DNA from: a virus
Reading direction: 5' to 3' (one strand)
Virus record (IMG/VR): IMGVR_UViG_3300020160_000328
Location: 1 to 64,000 of that record
DNA: 64,000 nucleotides
Shown: piece by piece, positions 51,526-61,311 of the stretch
Layout: the number at the start of each line of letters is the position of its first letter
Numbering within the stretch: the stretch's first letter is position 1
The notes under the pieces: model-generated
Databases searched by the model: none
What the model was told of the DNA's origin: nothing
Seen by the model: the letters and a program-made list of their open reading frames with translations, nothing else
Position numbers and translations under genes: made by a program

Positions 51526-51951
51526 ATGTCAGTAAAAGTAGTAGCACACCCAGAAACAGGAGCAGTAATAACTCCTTCAGTTAAAAACCCATTGTGGGGA
51601 ACATTTAGAGTAGATTCTGAAAATGTATCTATGGAGAATGGTATCTTCAACAAATCTAAAAGATCAGCCTTTATTAGAGGTAAAATTGAGGATTTGAATT
51701 TAGCAGGATTAACTGCGGGTAAAACTCTTCCAGGTAAGATTATCAAAAGAGAGAGCTTTGAGCCTTTCTATGAAGGTCAACCTGCAAAGATTAACCCTTC
51801 AAATGGAGAAACTGTATTAACTAATGGTATGGAAACTTACATTGAGTTTGTTTACACACAAGATGCTAATGCAACAGACTATTGGGTAGACCAAGCACCT
51901 GCTGAAGTAAGTACTGAAGCAACTAATGCACTAGCAGAACAAACTGCATAG
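51526..51951 (+). CDS. Hypothetical early protein (beta-rich with an acidic tail; possibly ssDNA-binding)
   Basis: 141 aa, own terminator, motif copy upstream. Confidence 0.65.
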   Translation: MSVKVVAHPETGAVITPSVKNPLWGTFRVDSENVSMENGIFNKSKRSAFIRGKIEDLNLAGLTAGKTLPGKIIKRESFEPFYEGQPAKINPSNGETVLTNGMETYIEFVYTQDANATDYWVDQAPAEVSTEATNALAEQTA

Positions 51952-51975
51952 TAATAGTATACAGTGCATAGCAAG

Positions 51976-52012
51976 ATAAAGAGAGTATTAACTTACTCTC
52001 TTTATTTTTTTT
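51976..52012 (+). terminator. Intrinsic terminator
   Basis: ATAAAGAGAGTA-loop-TACTCTCTTTAT followed by a T run. Confidence 0.85.
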
Positions 52013-52211
52013 CTTTGAGGTTTATTCAATACTGACAACAAGGCTAACAAATCTTATCCCAATAAGGCACTCATAGTGCATTCATAGGGATTTTGTTGGG
52101 TTTTAATTTAATTTTAAATGGTGTGTTGATAGGGAGGAGTCTTAATCCAACCTTATTTACATCAAATCAAATTTCATCATTTCTACAATGATATAATAAT
52201 ATAGCTAAAAC

Positions 52212-52448
52212 ATAATCTTATATTCGTACTACAATGAAAAGCAAAAGAAAGTTCTTAAGAAACTATCCAAATATGTTGATAGTATTCTAATAACCCAATT
52301 AGATATCTTATTAGGAAATAGTGGTGATACTACCATTATACTACCTTTAGGTAGAATACTTGAACAATGTTCTAATGAAGATGAACCAGAAATATCTAAA
52401 TTAGTAACTAAACTAATTAGATTACACTTTAAAAAGCATAATAACTAA
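52212..52448 (+). CDS. Unannotated 78-aa ORF with an ATA start (or a lost ATG)
   Basis: Open frame (I)ILYSYYNEKQKKVLKKLSKYVDSILITQLD...HFKKHNN*, preceded by AAAAC. Confidence 0.4.
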   Translation: MILYSYYNEKQKKVLKKLSKYVDSILITQLDILLGNSGDTTIILPLGRILEQCSNEDEPEISKLVTKLIRLHFKKHNN

Positions 52449-52486
52449 CAAATAGCCAAATCATATAATCTTTAATAATCTATAAA

Positions 52487-52738
52487 ATGGGACAATTTAT
52501 AACACCAGCAGAATTAAGACTAATATCTGCTAATTATTCAGGAGAGAAAGTAATATCAATGCTTAAATCAATACGCAAGGTTGCAATAATGCGTAAGATG
52601 AATTTAGCAAGACAAAATTCAGTATCTGAATTGAATAACTATTATTCAATTCATAAGTCATTAGATACAGTACAGTTTAAAATGCTGTATAGACTATGGT
52701 TTAACTTTGTATTAATGGATTACTCTGATGTAGAGTAA
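52487..52738 (+). CDS. Hypothetical protein
   Basis: 83-aa ORF with an A-rich leader. Confidence 0.6.
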   Translation: MGQFITPAELRLISANYSGEKVISMLKSIRKVAIMRKMNLARQNSVSELNNYYSIHKSLDTVQFKMLYRLWFNFVLMDYSDVE

Positions 52739-52770
52739 TCCAAATTGTGTAATATCTAATAAACATTCAA

Positions 52771-53136
52771 ATGAACACACTTATATTCTTTATAGCATTA
52801 CTATTCAGTGTTGCTACAGTATTTCAGATAATACAATTAATAGTTAATGAGAAAAATAGTATATTACCTACAGTATATGCTTTTATAGCTTGTATACTAT
52901 GGTCTGTGTTATATTATAACACAACAGTTAATACTACAGTGCCACCAAAACAAGTTAAAGATAACTCAATACATTTCGTATGGAATGATGATGAAGAGTC
53001 AATACCTAAAGATGGTTCATTAATTACATTAGAAATGACTGATGAAAATACAGTTTATATTGGTCCATATGACCCAAAAGCAAGTAAGAAGAATATAAGT
53101 TGCATAATCATTGAGCAACACACCAAACTTAAATAA
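52771..53136 (+). CDS. Membrane protein (2 TM)
   Basis: Two N-terminal hydrophobic helices. Confidence 0.6.
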   Translation: MNTLIFFIALLFSVATVFQIIQLIVNEKNSILPTVYAFIACILWSVLYYNTTVNTTVPPKQVKDNSIHFVWNDDEESIPKDGSLITLEMTDENTVYIGPYDPKASKKNISCIIIEQHTKLK

Positions 53137-53270
53137 CATTCCAAGTTGTTGAGGACAGCATAGTTTATTATATTCAGTATAATATAGAAGATAAACAACT
53201 CTTCTATATAGTACAAATATAAGTTTCTGCTGTAAAACACATAATCAATTAATAACCAAATAATAACACA

Positions 53271-53654
53271 ATGAAAAAACTTATTTATTTATTGTCTTTA
53301 GTAATGATAATTACTATGGCAAGTTGTACTGCTGATACAGAATCAGCTAGAATAGATGATACTACTACAAGTAATCCTAAAACATTATATGTAGAATGTA
53401 ATAAAGTAGCAGATACTATTAAATTAGAAATCTTGAATAGCTCTAATCAAGTTATAGAAACACAAATTGGTTTAAATACATTTAATAAACTATTTACCAT
53501 TGATAAAGGTGTTAAGTTTAATTTAAGATGTAGAGTTATAAATCAACACTTCGGGGGTAAATACATAATGTATAAAGATTATGGTAATACAATAGTATTA
53601 CAAGATTCTTATACTAGTTGGTATAACCTATTTGAAGCTAGTAGAGAATATTAA
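53271..53654 (+). CDS. Lipoprotein
   Basis: MKKLIYLLSLVMIITMASC signal peptide II. Confidence 0.7.
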   Translation: MKKLIYLLSLVMIITMASCTADTESARIDDTTTSNPKTLYVECNKVADTIKLEILNSSNQVIETQIGLNTFNKLFTIDKGVKFNLRCRVINQHFGGKYIMYKDYGNTIVLQDSYTSWYNLFEASREY

Positions 53655-53670
53655 TATTAAATATAAACAC

Positions 53671-54015
53671 ATGTGTAAGATTGTAATTAACAAAAGTGCT
53701 GAAAATCTATTTGAAGCTATTGGTTTAGAAAGTTCAGAAGAAGCTATTAATGAATTTAACAATAAAGCTGCTGCTATTTCTATGAAGATGGCAGACATTA
53801 TGGTTGGAAAAGCAGAACCTGATAGTTATTCTAGAAATGAAGCTATTGATGATATTCAGAACAAATTCTCTCAAGGAGAGATATTGTTATTAGCTTTAAC
53901 TTGTATTGAGCAGAGAACTGACAGTGCTCTACAAAGATTAGAGTTTGAACAAATGATGGCAGGTATGCAACAAGAAATAGCAGAGGAAACTCCTGTTGAA
54001 GAAAGTGCAGAGTAA
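53671..54015 (+). CDS. Hypothetical acidic protein (start probably MCKIVINK)
   Basis: In-frame ATG at 53671 after an A-rich leader; a terminator follows. Confidence 0.6.
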   Translation: MCKIVINKSAENLFEAIGLESSEEAINEFNNKAAAISMKMADIMVGKAEPDSYSRNEAIDDIQNKFSQGEILLLALTCIEQRTDSALQRLEFEQMMAGMQQEIAEETPVEESAE

Positions 54016-54016
54016 T

Positions 54017-54040
54017 AAATGGGACTTAGGTCCCATTTTA
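54017..54040 (+). terminator. Intrinsic terminator
   Basis: AAATGGGAC-TTAG-GTCCCATTTT. Confidence 0.75.
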
Positions 54041-54069
54041 AATTATGTTTAACAATTAATAATTAAATC

Positions 54070-54237
54070 ATGTATAGATTTCACATATCATATAAAGACC
54101 TTGAGAAGAATGATAAATTCTTAAGAGGTGCTAATGTTATTCTTCAAGAAGATAATATTATAGAAGCATTGCGTACATTTCAAAATGAGTATCATAACAC
54201 AGAGATTCAAGGAGTCTTAAGATCAATTGTAGAGTAA
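54070..54237 (+). CDS. 55-aa hypothetical protein (MYRFHISYKDLEKNDKFLRG...)
   Basis: Stop overlaps the AAA+ start (TAATG coupling). Confidence 0.6.
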   Translation: MYRFHISYKDLEKNDKFLRGANVILQEDNIIEALRTFQNEYHNTEIQGVLRSIVE

Positions 54238-55568
54238 TGCACGAAGAAAATAAATACGAAGTAGCAGAAGTAATTGAAGATAAGGGAACAATAGTACCTG
54301 ACTTTGATTTAGATAGATTAGCTAAAGACATTGATGATGTCTTTCAAAAGCAATTAGAAAGAAAAATAAGTGAACTTAGATTAGATTCTAATAAATTGTT
54401 ACATGAAGTTGATGATAAATTAACTGAACAATTTACAGGATTTAAACAAAGAGTTGACTCTATATTTCCTGATATTAAAGAAAGATTAGTAGAGGAAATA
54501 CAAAGAGGTAGAACTATTATTGTTTTACCTAGTACACAAGAAATTAATGTACAACATATGGATCATCCTGTAACTGAAGGTGCTATTAAATCACTACAGT
54601 TACAAAGAAAACTTATGTTAGTAGGTCCAGCAGGAACAGGTAAGACTACAATGGTAGAGAAAATAGCAAAATCATTAGATATTGCATTTTATAAATACTC
54701 TTGTTCTAGAGATTCATCTGTACATGATTTATTAGGTTATAAACAACCAACTTCAGAAACATATTTAGAAACAACATTTCTAAATGCTTATGAAAATGGT
54801 GGTATATTCCTTGTAGATGAATATGATGCAATGTCTGGAGATATGGCTCTATTCTTTAATGGTGTAGCAGATAATTCTAAATTCATATCTATTCCTCATA
54901 GAGATACTAAACCACAAGCAGAGAAACACAAAGACTTTTATTTAGTTATGTGTGGTAATACTTGGGGTAAAGGTTCTACTGATTATTCAGGTAGAGATTT
55001 TCAAGATATGGCTCTAATGGATAGATTTAGATTTTGTAGACATCATGTTGGTTATCATCATTTACTTGAAAAAAAGTTTATGAAACATAATTATGAGAGT
55101 ATATCAAGATTAAGATCTGCATTAGAAAATGTAGGTTCTTATTTATCTACAAGAAATGTAGAAGATATTGCTATTTTAATTGAGTGTGATGTACCATTTA
55201 CTAATATATTGGATATGGTTCTTCAAGATCTTGCAGAAGATGATAAAAGAAGAATTAAAGATTCATTAAGAAGTGAAAGAGTTACAAAATCAGCACCAGT
55301 TCAAAGAGAGGTACAAGAACCACAAAGACCTAATTTTGATCCTACTTTAAATGTTAGAGATGGTCAAGGTAGAATCTTTAAGTTAACAGATTTAATGAAA
55401 GCTTATCCAGTTAATCAACCACATAGAATGGAACAATTAAAGACAAGAGATAAAGTTCTACATGGTAGATACTTAGGTATGTTAATGCAACAAAGTATAC
55501 CTACATCTGGTATGGTAAGTAGTGATTGGGAGGACCATAATGGAGTTATTAGATCAAGTAGCTGGTAA
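54237..55568 (+). CDS. MoxR/CbbQ/CobS-like AAA+ ATPase
   Basis: GPAGTGKT, FLVDEYD, CGNTWGKG, DMALMDRF. Confidence 0.9.
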   Translation: MHEENKYEVAEVIEDKGTIVPDFDLDRLAKDIDDVFQKQLERKISELRLDSNKLLHEVDDKLTEQFTGFKQRVDSIFPDIKERLVEEIQRGRTIIVLPSTQEINVQHMDHPVTEGAIKSLQLQRKLMLVGPAGTGKTTMVEKIAKSLDIAFYKYSCSRDSSVHDLLGYKQPTSETYLETTFLNAYENGGIFLVDEYDAMSGDMALFFNGVADNSKFISIPHRDTKPQAEKHKDFYLVMCGNTWGKGSTDYSGRDFQDMALMDRFRFCRHHVGYHHLLEKKFMKHNYESISRLRSALENVGSYLSTRNVEDIAILIECDVPFTNILDMVLQDLAEDDKRRIKDSLRSERVTKSAPVQREVQEPQRPNFDPTLNVRDGQGRIFKLTDLMKAYPVNQPHRMEQLKTRDKVLHGRYLGMLMQQSIPTSGMVSSDWEDHNGVIRSSSW

Positions 55569-56377
55569 TGAAACCAACATTCTTATATAAGACCTTAGAA
55601 TCAGGTTCTAAACTTATAAGATTTGATAATCTAGGTGATATATATTATTTTGATGAAGAAGAGAATAATCCTAGAGGATTAGGACATAGAGCTTCAGAAG
55701 AATACTTTAGAGATAGAAATATCTTAACATCTAGAAAACAGTTAATGATACAGAAAGCTCAAAAAGAGCTTTCTGTTGATAAAGAGTTCTTAGATTTAGT
55801 TTATAAAGCTAAATCAGCTAAAAGAGATTTTAAGTTAAATAAATTTGGAGGTAATTTATCTATGCCACATTATGCTGCACAAAATGATAAAGTATTTAAG
55901 AAAGGAACACCTGGTGCAAAGAAATCATCTTTGAATATGGCATTCCAAGTAGGTACATTCAGTGGTGGTAATTATGATGAATCTTTTACAAGGATACTAA
56001 AGACTATATTAATGTGTCAAGCAATGAATATTAGTGTAAGTATTGATGTATTTGATTCAGATACTAGAGCAATAGGTGGTAGAAATGGTTATGTTATATG
56101 TAATGTAGCTAAATCTAATGAAAAGATAAACTTCAGAAATATATTAGCTTCATCTCATTCAGATTTCTTTAGTACTACATTATTTAATGGTTATAGTGCT
56201 TCAGGATGTCAAGAACATATTGGTAGATTTCTTCCACAATCTTTAATTGTGAGAGATTTAGGTCCAATGTATGATGTCATTGGAGGTAATATGCTATTAG
56301 ATGGTATGGAAGATGAACAAAAACAAAAACAAATGGTAAGTAAAATTCTTAAAATAGGTATCAATGGGTCAAGATAA
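55568..56377 (+). CDS. Probable vWA-like partner of the AAA+ ATPase (degenerate MIDAS)
   Basis: Coupled to the AAA+ gene; GG.LS.P.Y motif and alpha/beta pattern; no clear DxSxS. Confidence 0.45.
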   Translation: MKPTFLYKTLESGSKLIRFDNLGDIYYFDEEENNPRGLGHRASEEYFRDRNILTSRKQLMIQKAQKELSVDKEFLDLVYKAKSAKRDFKLNKFGGNLSMPHYAAQNDKVFKKGTPGAKKSSLNMAFQVGTFSGGNYDESFTRILKTILMCQAMNISVSIDVFDSDTRAIGGRNGYVICNVAKSNEKINFRNILASSHSDFFSTTLFNGYSASGCQEHIGRFLPQSLIVRDLGPMYDVIGGNMLLDGMEDEQKQKQMVSKILKIGINGSR

Positions 56378-56762
56378 CATTACAATAGACAAAACTTATT
56401 TTAAGTTACCAGGAGATAATAACTCTGATAGTTCAGGAAACTCTGAAAAGTCTGATAGTTCAAATAACTATATGGATTTCACATCAACACCTAATAAAAA
56501 AACTTCAGAACAATTGAGGGAGTTAGATATGATGTCAATGATGGAGGAATTTCAAGAAATTGAGAATAAAAGAAAACAAAAAAAACAAGAACAATCATCA
56601 CCTGTAGAAGATGAAGAGCTAGATGAAGATCTAGAAGATAATGTACAAAATGGAGATGAGCCATCAGGTGAAGGTTCTTGGCAAAGTGGGAACAATAGTT
56701 TAGAGAATGTTCCATCTGAAAGATTTTCAGTAGATAAGAAATTAAGAAATTTCTTCAACTAA
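56364..56762 (+). CDS. Acidic, disordered hypothetical protein
   Basis: 132 aa, S/D/E-rich. Confidence 0.55.
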   Translation: MGQDNITIDKTYFKLPGDNNSDSSGNSEKSDSSNNYMDFTSTPNKKTSEQLRELDMMSMMEEFQEIENKRKQKKQEQSSPVEDEELDEDLEDNVQNGDEPSGEGSWQSGNNSLENVPSERFSVDKKLRNFFN

Positions 56763-56769
56763 AATAAAA

Positions 56770-57102
56770 ATGTCCTTAGATAAAAATAAGAAAGTAATCA
56801 GACCCAATAATAGTAAGTCTGATAACAAGCGAAGTAAAGTGCTACAACTTTTACACAAAATATTCATTGCGAAATCAGGAACTGTATCTTATGTATTTCT
56901 TTCTGAAAGAATTAGATTTACAAAAGAGAATCCTAATGGTGAGACTTATGCAAATAAGTCTATTATACATAGTGATATCAATCCTTTAATCTTTACAAAA
57001 GTAGAGAATGGTAGAACTTACAAGAGAAGTCTTGAAGAAGTAGCTAAAGTGTTAGAAGACACTTGTCATGATTTAGGTGCGAATTATTTTTTAATTGATT
57101 AA
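56770..57102 (+). CDS. Hypothetical protein
   Basis: 110-aa ORF in the operon. Confidence 0.6.
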   Translation: MSLDKNKKVIRPNNSKSDNKRSKVLQLLHKIFIAKSGTVSYVFLSERIRFTKENPNGETYANKSIIHSDINPLIFTKVENGRTYKRSLEEVAKVLEDTCHDLGANYFLID

Positions 57103-57113
57103 TACATAAAGAT

Positions 57114-57371
57114 ATGTCAATAATTATGTTAAAAATGGTAGCTAAAATGATGCCAGTAGAACAACACATTGAGAGATTACAAGAAGAACTATTAATTTAT
57201 AAAATTACTCCTAATAAAGAGAAAAAGAATAATTTGATGTCTTCTTTAATGATCCTTATGACAGCACTTCAAGATGAAGATAAATCTTTAGAAGATATTA
57301 TGAAATCTGCTGTAGATGATGAGAGAAAGATGAGTGCTGTGAAGAATATGTTTGATCAAAACACAAACTAA
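57114..57371 (+). CDS. Hypothetical protein
   Basis: 85-aa ORF in the operon. Confidence 0.6.
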   Translation: MSIIMLKMVAKMMPVEQHIERLQEELLIYKITPNKEKKNNLMSSLMILMTALQDEDKSLEDIMKSAVDDERKMSAVKNMFDQNTN

Positions 57372-58012
57372 TGTCTTATAGAGATATCAAGAGAGAAGTG
57401 AAGGAGTCTATTGTAGACTCCTTCTATAACTGTCATATTGATACTCCTGTTATAGTAACCACATTAGCTGGACCAAACTTTGACAGAATTGCTAGTCTAG
57501 CTTATCAATCATTAAATCCAATAGAGATTAACTCTTATGAAATTGATCCTGTTATATTTAAACAACAGGAATTTCAATTAGATTGTACTCTATTACCAGA
57601 GATTGCAGATATATGTAAGATATATTTTCAAGATATTAATAAATGCTTTGTATCTAACTTTATGGATATAGACCTTATGGGAACAATATTAACCCAAGGT
57701 AACACAATAAGACAACTATTAGAACAACAGTCTTATCTAGAAGGAACAAAAGTATTTATTGGTACATTCTCTTTAAGGTTAACAGGAATACAAACAACTC
57801 TATCTTATATTAGAAATATAATTGGATTAATTCTCAAATCCACAGTGCACATTGATATGACTCCTAGTTGTGAATTAAAAGCAACAGGTTTACGTCAACC
57901 ATATAAGTACAATTATAAATCTACTGTAAGTAAAAGAGTTGAAAGTTTAAATGTATATCATTATTTTGACCAAGCAGGACCTATGGTGACATTTCGTATT
58001 ATATACAAATAA
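57371..58012 (+). CDS. Possible class I SAM-methyltransferase-fold protein
   Basis: IVTTLAGP / INSYEID / FMDIDLMG spacing resembles Rossmann MTase motifs. Confidence 0.35.
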   Translation: MSYRDIKREVKESIVDSFYNCHIDTPVIVTTLAGPNFDRIASLAYQSLNPIEINSYEIDPVIFKQQEFQLDCTLLPEIADICKIYFQDINKCFVSNFMDIDLMGTILTQGNTIRQLLEQQSYLEGTKVFIGTFSLRLTGIQTTLSYIRNIIGLILKSTVHIDMTPSCELKATGLRQPYKYNYKSTVSKRVESLNVYHYFDQAGPMVTFRIIYK

Positions 58013-58038
58013 TTGTCAAATAAAATTGAACTAAAAAC

Positions 58039-59730
58039 ATGACTAAATCTAATTCAAAATTAGCTAGTATTATAGGTGAAAAAAAGCCTAAACAAGAATT
58101 AGTAGAAGCTAAAGCTATCCCAAAACCTGATGCTAAGAATCAACAAGGATTACCTGCTTATACACAAGATATGTGGTTAAAATTACTTACAATGTTAAAT
58201 ACATTGAAGTTACAACCACAATATTACAGAACAGAACAGAAGACATTAAAGGAATTACAAGATCTTATTAAGCTTTGTGCTACACAAGATTTGTATTTTA
58301 CTTGTCAATGTATTGTATATTCTAGATGTCTTGGAGAAGGTATGAGAACTATTTCTCATGCAGCAGCAGTATTTGTAGCTCCTTACATTTCAGGTCAAGA
58401 ATACTCTAAAAGATTCTATGGACCTTGGGATAAGAAAAAGAAAAGAGGTGGATTAATCTATAGACCTGATGATATGAGTGAAATCATATCAGGATTTGTA
58501 GCTTTAAATGGTGAGTATAAAACTACCACTATTACCACAAAAGAAGGTACTTCTACTACTGTAGATATTTCAGGTACTAAGTTAACTAATGCAATGAAGA
58601 AAGGTTTTAAAGCTGCTATTGAATCATATGATACATATAGTTTGCTTAAATACAAATCTTCATTAATTGATGTTATTAATTTAGTACATCCAAAACCTTC
58701 AGAATCTCAAGCTACTGTTAAAGTAGAAGGAGAAGATGTTTACACTATTGATGCTATTATGAGAGGTATGAATGTACTAGCTGAAACTTGGGAAGTATCT
58801 CAAGGTGAAGCAGGTCAGATAGTAGCTAAAGCTGTAAAAGAAGGTAAACTAGATGAAACTGAAGCTAAAGAAGTATTAACTCAAGCTAAAGCTGATAATT
58901 GGGCTGAATTGTTAGATAATAACAAATTACCTATACTAGCTTGTCTAAGAAACTTAAGAAACATTCTTATTAACAATCCTACACAGGCTACTGTTGATAA
59001 AGTATGTGCATTAGTTTCTAATCCTAAGTTAATACTTGAAGGAAAGATATTTCCTTATCAATTAGATTTATCTAATGAGATTATGCTTACTGAGTTTAAT
59101 GATGGTAAAGCAAGACAAATATCACAAGCATTAGCTAAAGGATATGAACTAGCTATACCTAATCTTAAAGCTTTATTACCAGGTGATAATGTAATCTATT
59201 TAGACCAATCAGGTTCAATGGGTACACCTATTATATTGAGTGGTAAAGATAGAAAGTATGGTAAATCTCAATGTATTGATAAAGCTGCCCTAATTGCTGC
59301 TACAATAGCTAAAGCAACTAATGCTGATATTATTGTATTTGGTTCAACTGCTAAATATGTATCTTATAATCCTAATTTAGATGTATTCACATTAGCTAAA
59401 CAATTATCTTCTGCTCATATGGGTGGAACTAATTTGTCTACAGCTTGGAATGCAGCTCAAAACTCTGGTAAGAAATATGATAGAGTATTTATCTTATCAG
59501 ATAATGAAGTAAATCAAGGTAGTACATATAATGCTTATACATCTTATTTAAGAGCTGTAGGTAGTCCTTATGTATATTCTGTAGATCTAGCTGCTTATGG
59601 TACAAATTGTATTGCAGGTGATAAAGTTAGATATTACTATGGTTATGGATTTAGTATGTTTGATGATATTGCATCATCAGAATTTAATGCTAATTATCAT
59701 ATTGAGAAAGTTAAACAAGTAATTATATAA
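58039..59730 (+). CDS. rsr: TROVE/Ro60 (Rsr-like) RNA-binding protein
   Basis: 563 aa; N..G.PAY, GMRT, RPDDM.EI, Y.LLKY, DVINLVHPKP, TWE, LRNLRNI, PYQ; C-terminal vWA with DQSGSM, GGTN, ILSDNE, YSVDL..YG. Confidence 0.92.
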   Translation: MTKSNSKLASIIGEKKPKQELVEAKAIPKPDAKNQQGLPAYTQDMWLKLLTMLNTLKLQPQYYRTEQKTLKELQDLIKLCATQDLYFTCQCIVYSRCLGEGMRTISHAAAVFVAPYISGQEYSKRFYGPWDKKKKRGGLIYRPDDMSEIISGFVALNGEYKTTTITTKEGTSTTVDISGTKLTNAMKKGFKAAIESYDTYSLLKYKSSLIDVINLVHPKPSESQATVKVEGEDVYTIDAIMRGMNVLAETWEVSQGEAGQIVAKAVKEGKLDETEAKEVLTQAKADNWAELLDNNKLPILACLRNLRNILINNPTQATVDKVCALVSNPKLILEGKIFPYQLDLSNEIMLTEFNDGKARQISQALAKGYELAIPNLKALLPGDNVIYLDQSGSMGTPIILSGKDRKYGKSQCIDKAALIAATIAKATNADIIVFGSTAKYVSYNPNLDVFTLAKQLSSAHMGGTNLSTAWNAAQNSGKKYDRVFILSDNEVNQGSTYNAYTSYLRAVGSPYVYSVDLAAYGTNCIAGDKVRYYYGYGFSMFDDIASSEFNANYHIEKVKQVII

Positions 59731-59732
59731 AA

Positions 59733-59981
59733 ATGGCAGTATTTACAGCAAAGGATAAGATCCAAGAATTAAAAGATAAGAGTGCTAATGCACTATCAAT
59801 CTTTAGAAAGACAGTCTCTGATTTGAATGGAGTTAATAACTCTATTACATCAGAGATTAAAGACAGAGAGAGTAAAATAGTTGCATTGAAAGATGAATGT
59901 ACTTCACTTAGTGGAATACAATCAGAAAACACTCAATTTATTACTAAAATTAATGAGTTCTTAGGAACTCCAAATTCTTAA
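59733..59981 (+). CDS. Coiled-coil hypothetical protein
   Basis: 82 aa with a heptad pattern. Confidence 0.6.
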   Translation: MAVFTAKDKIQELKDKSANALSIFRKTVSDLNGVNNSITSEIKDRESKIVALKDECTSLSGIQSENTQFITKINEFLGTPNS

Positions 59982-59984
59982 GTT

Positions 59985-60311
59985 ATGTTTATAGATTATA
60001 AAGATCAAGAATTAGCTTTTAGATTTAGACACAACACAAATCCTTCTATTGATATCCCAAGAGGTACTGAATGTACTGTTACAGATAGAGAAGGTAATTT
60101 TGTAGCTAAATCATTTGCAAAATTACATCCAAAGGATAACTTTGATAAAGCTAAAGGTAGAGAAATTGCCTTTGGAAGAGCTTTACAAGAGTTTGTACCA
60201 AAAGAGGATAGATTCCAATTTTGGGAAAAGTATTCTAATTGGAGAACAGAATTTCCTAGAATAGTTCTAGGAACAAAGAAACCAGCTAAAGATAAATTAA
60301 CAATAGTATGA
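59985..60311 (+). CDS. Conserved small phage protein (A.LHP.D.FD...G..IA..RAL motif)
   Basis: GTECTV...SFAKLHPKDNFDKAKGREIAFGRAL. Confidence 0.6.
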   Translation: MFIDYKDQELAFRFRHNTNPSIDIPRGTECTVTDREGNFVAKSFAKLHPKDNFDKAKGREIAFGRALQEFVPKEDRFQFWEKYSNWRTEFPRIVLGTKKPAKDKLTIV

Positions 60312-60694
60312 AAAAAGTAATTTTCTTAGTGCTTTTAAGCATTATGTTTATCTCTTGTAGTGAAAACTACAGTAATGGAGAAAGAGTAGGTTATGTAACC
60401 AAGTTTTCTGAAAAGGGACTCTTATTCAAATCACATGAAGGTGAATTAAACTTGTCACAAACAGGTATGAACTCAGCAGGAGTGTTTGAATTTTCCATTG
60501 ACAATGATAATGTACCAGTAGATGTTGTTAAGAAATTAGATTCAGCTCAGAGGACTGGTGATAGGGTAAAACTTATATATCATGAAACTATAGGTTGGAA
60601 TTGGTTTGGCAACAGAGGAGATACAAATCACTTTGTAACTACTTGTGAAATACTCACAAATAAGTCTGTTGTGAAAGATACAATTAAGAATTAA
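60308..60694 (+). CDS. Lipoprotein
   Basis: MKKVIFLVLLSIMFISC lipobox; YSNGERVG..TKFS.KG..FK..EGEL. Confidence 0.7.
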   Translation: MKKVIFLVLLSIMFISCSENYSNGERVGYVTKFSEKGLLFKSHEGELNLSQTGMNSAGVFEFSIDNDNVPVDVVKKLDSAQRTGDRVKLIYHETIGWNWFGNRGDTNHFVTTCEILTNKSVVKDTIKN

Positions 60695-60705
60695 TAAAAA
60701 TATTT

Positions 60706-60755
60706 AAAATATTTAACCTATCTCTTGGTAGGTTAAATATTTTTCTTTAAATTTG
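60706..60755 (+). promoter_or_regulatory. Terminator hairpin overlapping a Bacteroidota promoter that likely drives the tmRNA/tRNA/Y-RNA region
   Basis: AAAATATTTAACCTATC/GGTAGGTTAAATATTTT hairpin; TTG 60725-60727, 20-nt spacer, TAAATTTG 60748-60755. Confidence 0.65.
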
Positions 60756-60765
60756 CACAGTTGAA

Positions 60766-60969
60766 ATGGAAATAACTATTGATAAGACCTATTTACTTAA
60801 ACCTCTTATAGTTGATGTGAAAGTAGCTAGTGATGGTAAGTTAAGAGATATATTAACTTTAGTAGGACATATGTATCTATATGGTAGAATAAAAGGTAGA
60901 TATAGTTATCATAAAATCCTTGATGAAGCAATTGAAGAAGAAACAAAAAGAAGAAAAACAAGGGAGTGA
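60766..60969 (+). CDS. Hypothetical protein
   Basis: 67 aa, directly after the promoter; stop overlaps the tmRNA 5' end. Confidence 0.5.
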   Translation: MEITIDKTYLLKPLIVDVKVASDGKLRDILTLVGHMYLYGRIKGRYSYHKILDEAIEEETKRRKTRE

Positions 60970-61299
60970 CATGGAATTGACTACCTATTATATAGTATAT
61001 AATTCAGCCTAGAGAGATAACTAGTAAAACTAAGGTGAAATAAGTAAATGGAAAAGATTCAAAACAAATCGAAGCTAACATGACTGTAGTACATAACATC
61101 TTAAATGGTGGTGTATCAGTTAAATCAACTCAAAGAGTAGAAATGGCATTAGCAGCATAAAACTTATAGGTTAGTAAGTTCCTTAATACTTACAAAGCAT
61201 ACAAAAATATCTAACTTAAAGATATAAAAGAAAAGTAAGCTGTAAAAAATTATATATCTTGAAGTATGTAACACGGGAGTTCGAGTCTCCCCACTTCCA
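60962..61299 (+). ncRNA. ssrA: tmRNA
   Basis: 5' GGGAGTGACATGGAATTGAC; 3' T-arm GGGAGTTCGAGTCTCCC plus CACTTCC-A; G3:U70 Ala identity pair; internal tag ORF ending MALAA*. Confidence 0.93.
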
Positions 61300-61311
61300 C
61301 AATATAATACA

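Noticed and set aside
52299-52399. Cloverleaf-like set of hairpins
   Set aside because: No T-loop or D-loop consensus, and it lies inside a plausible coding frame (52212-52448)
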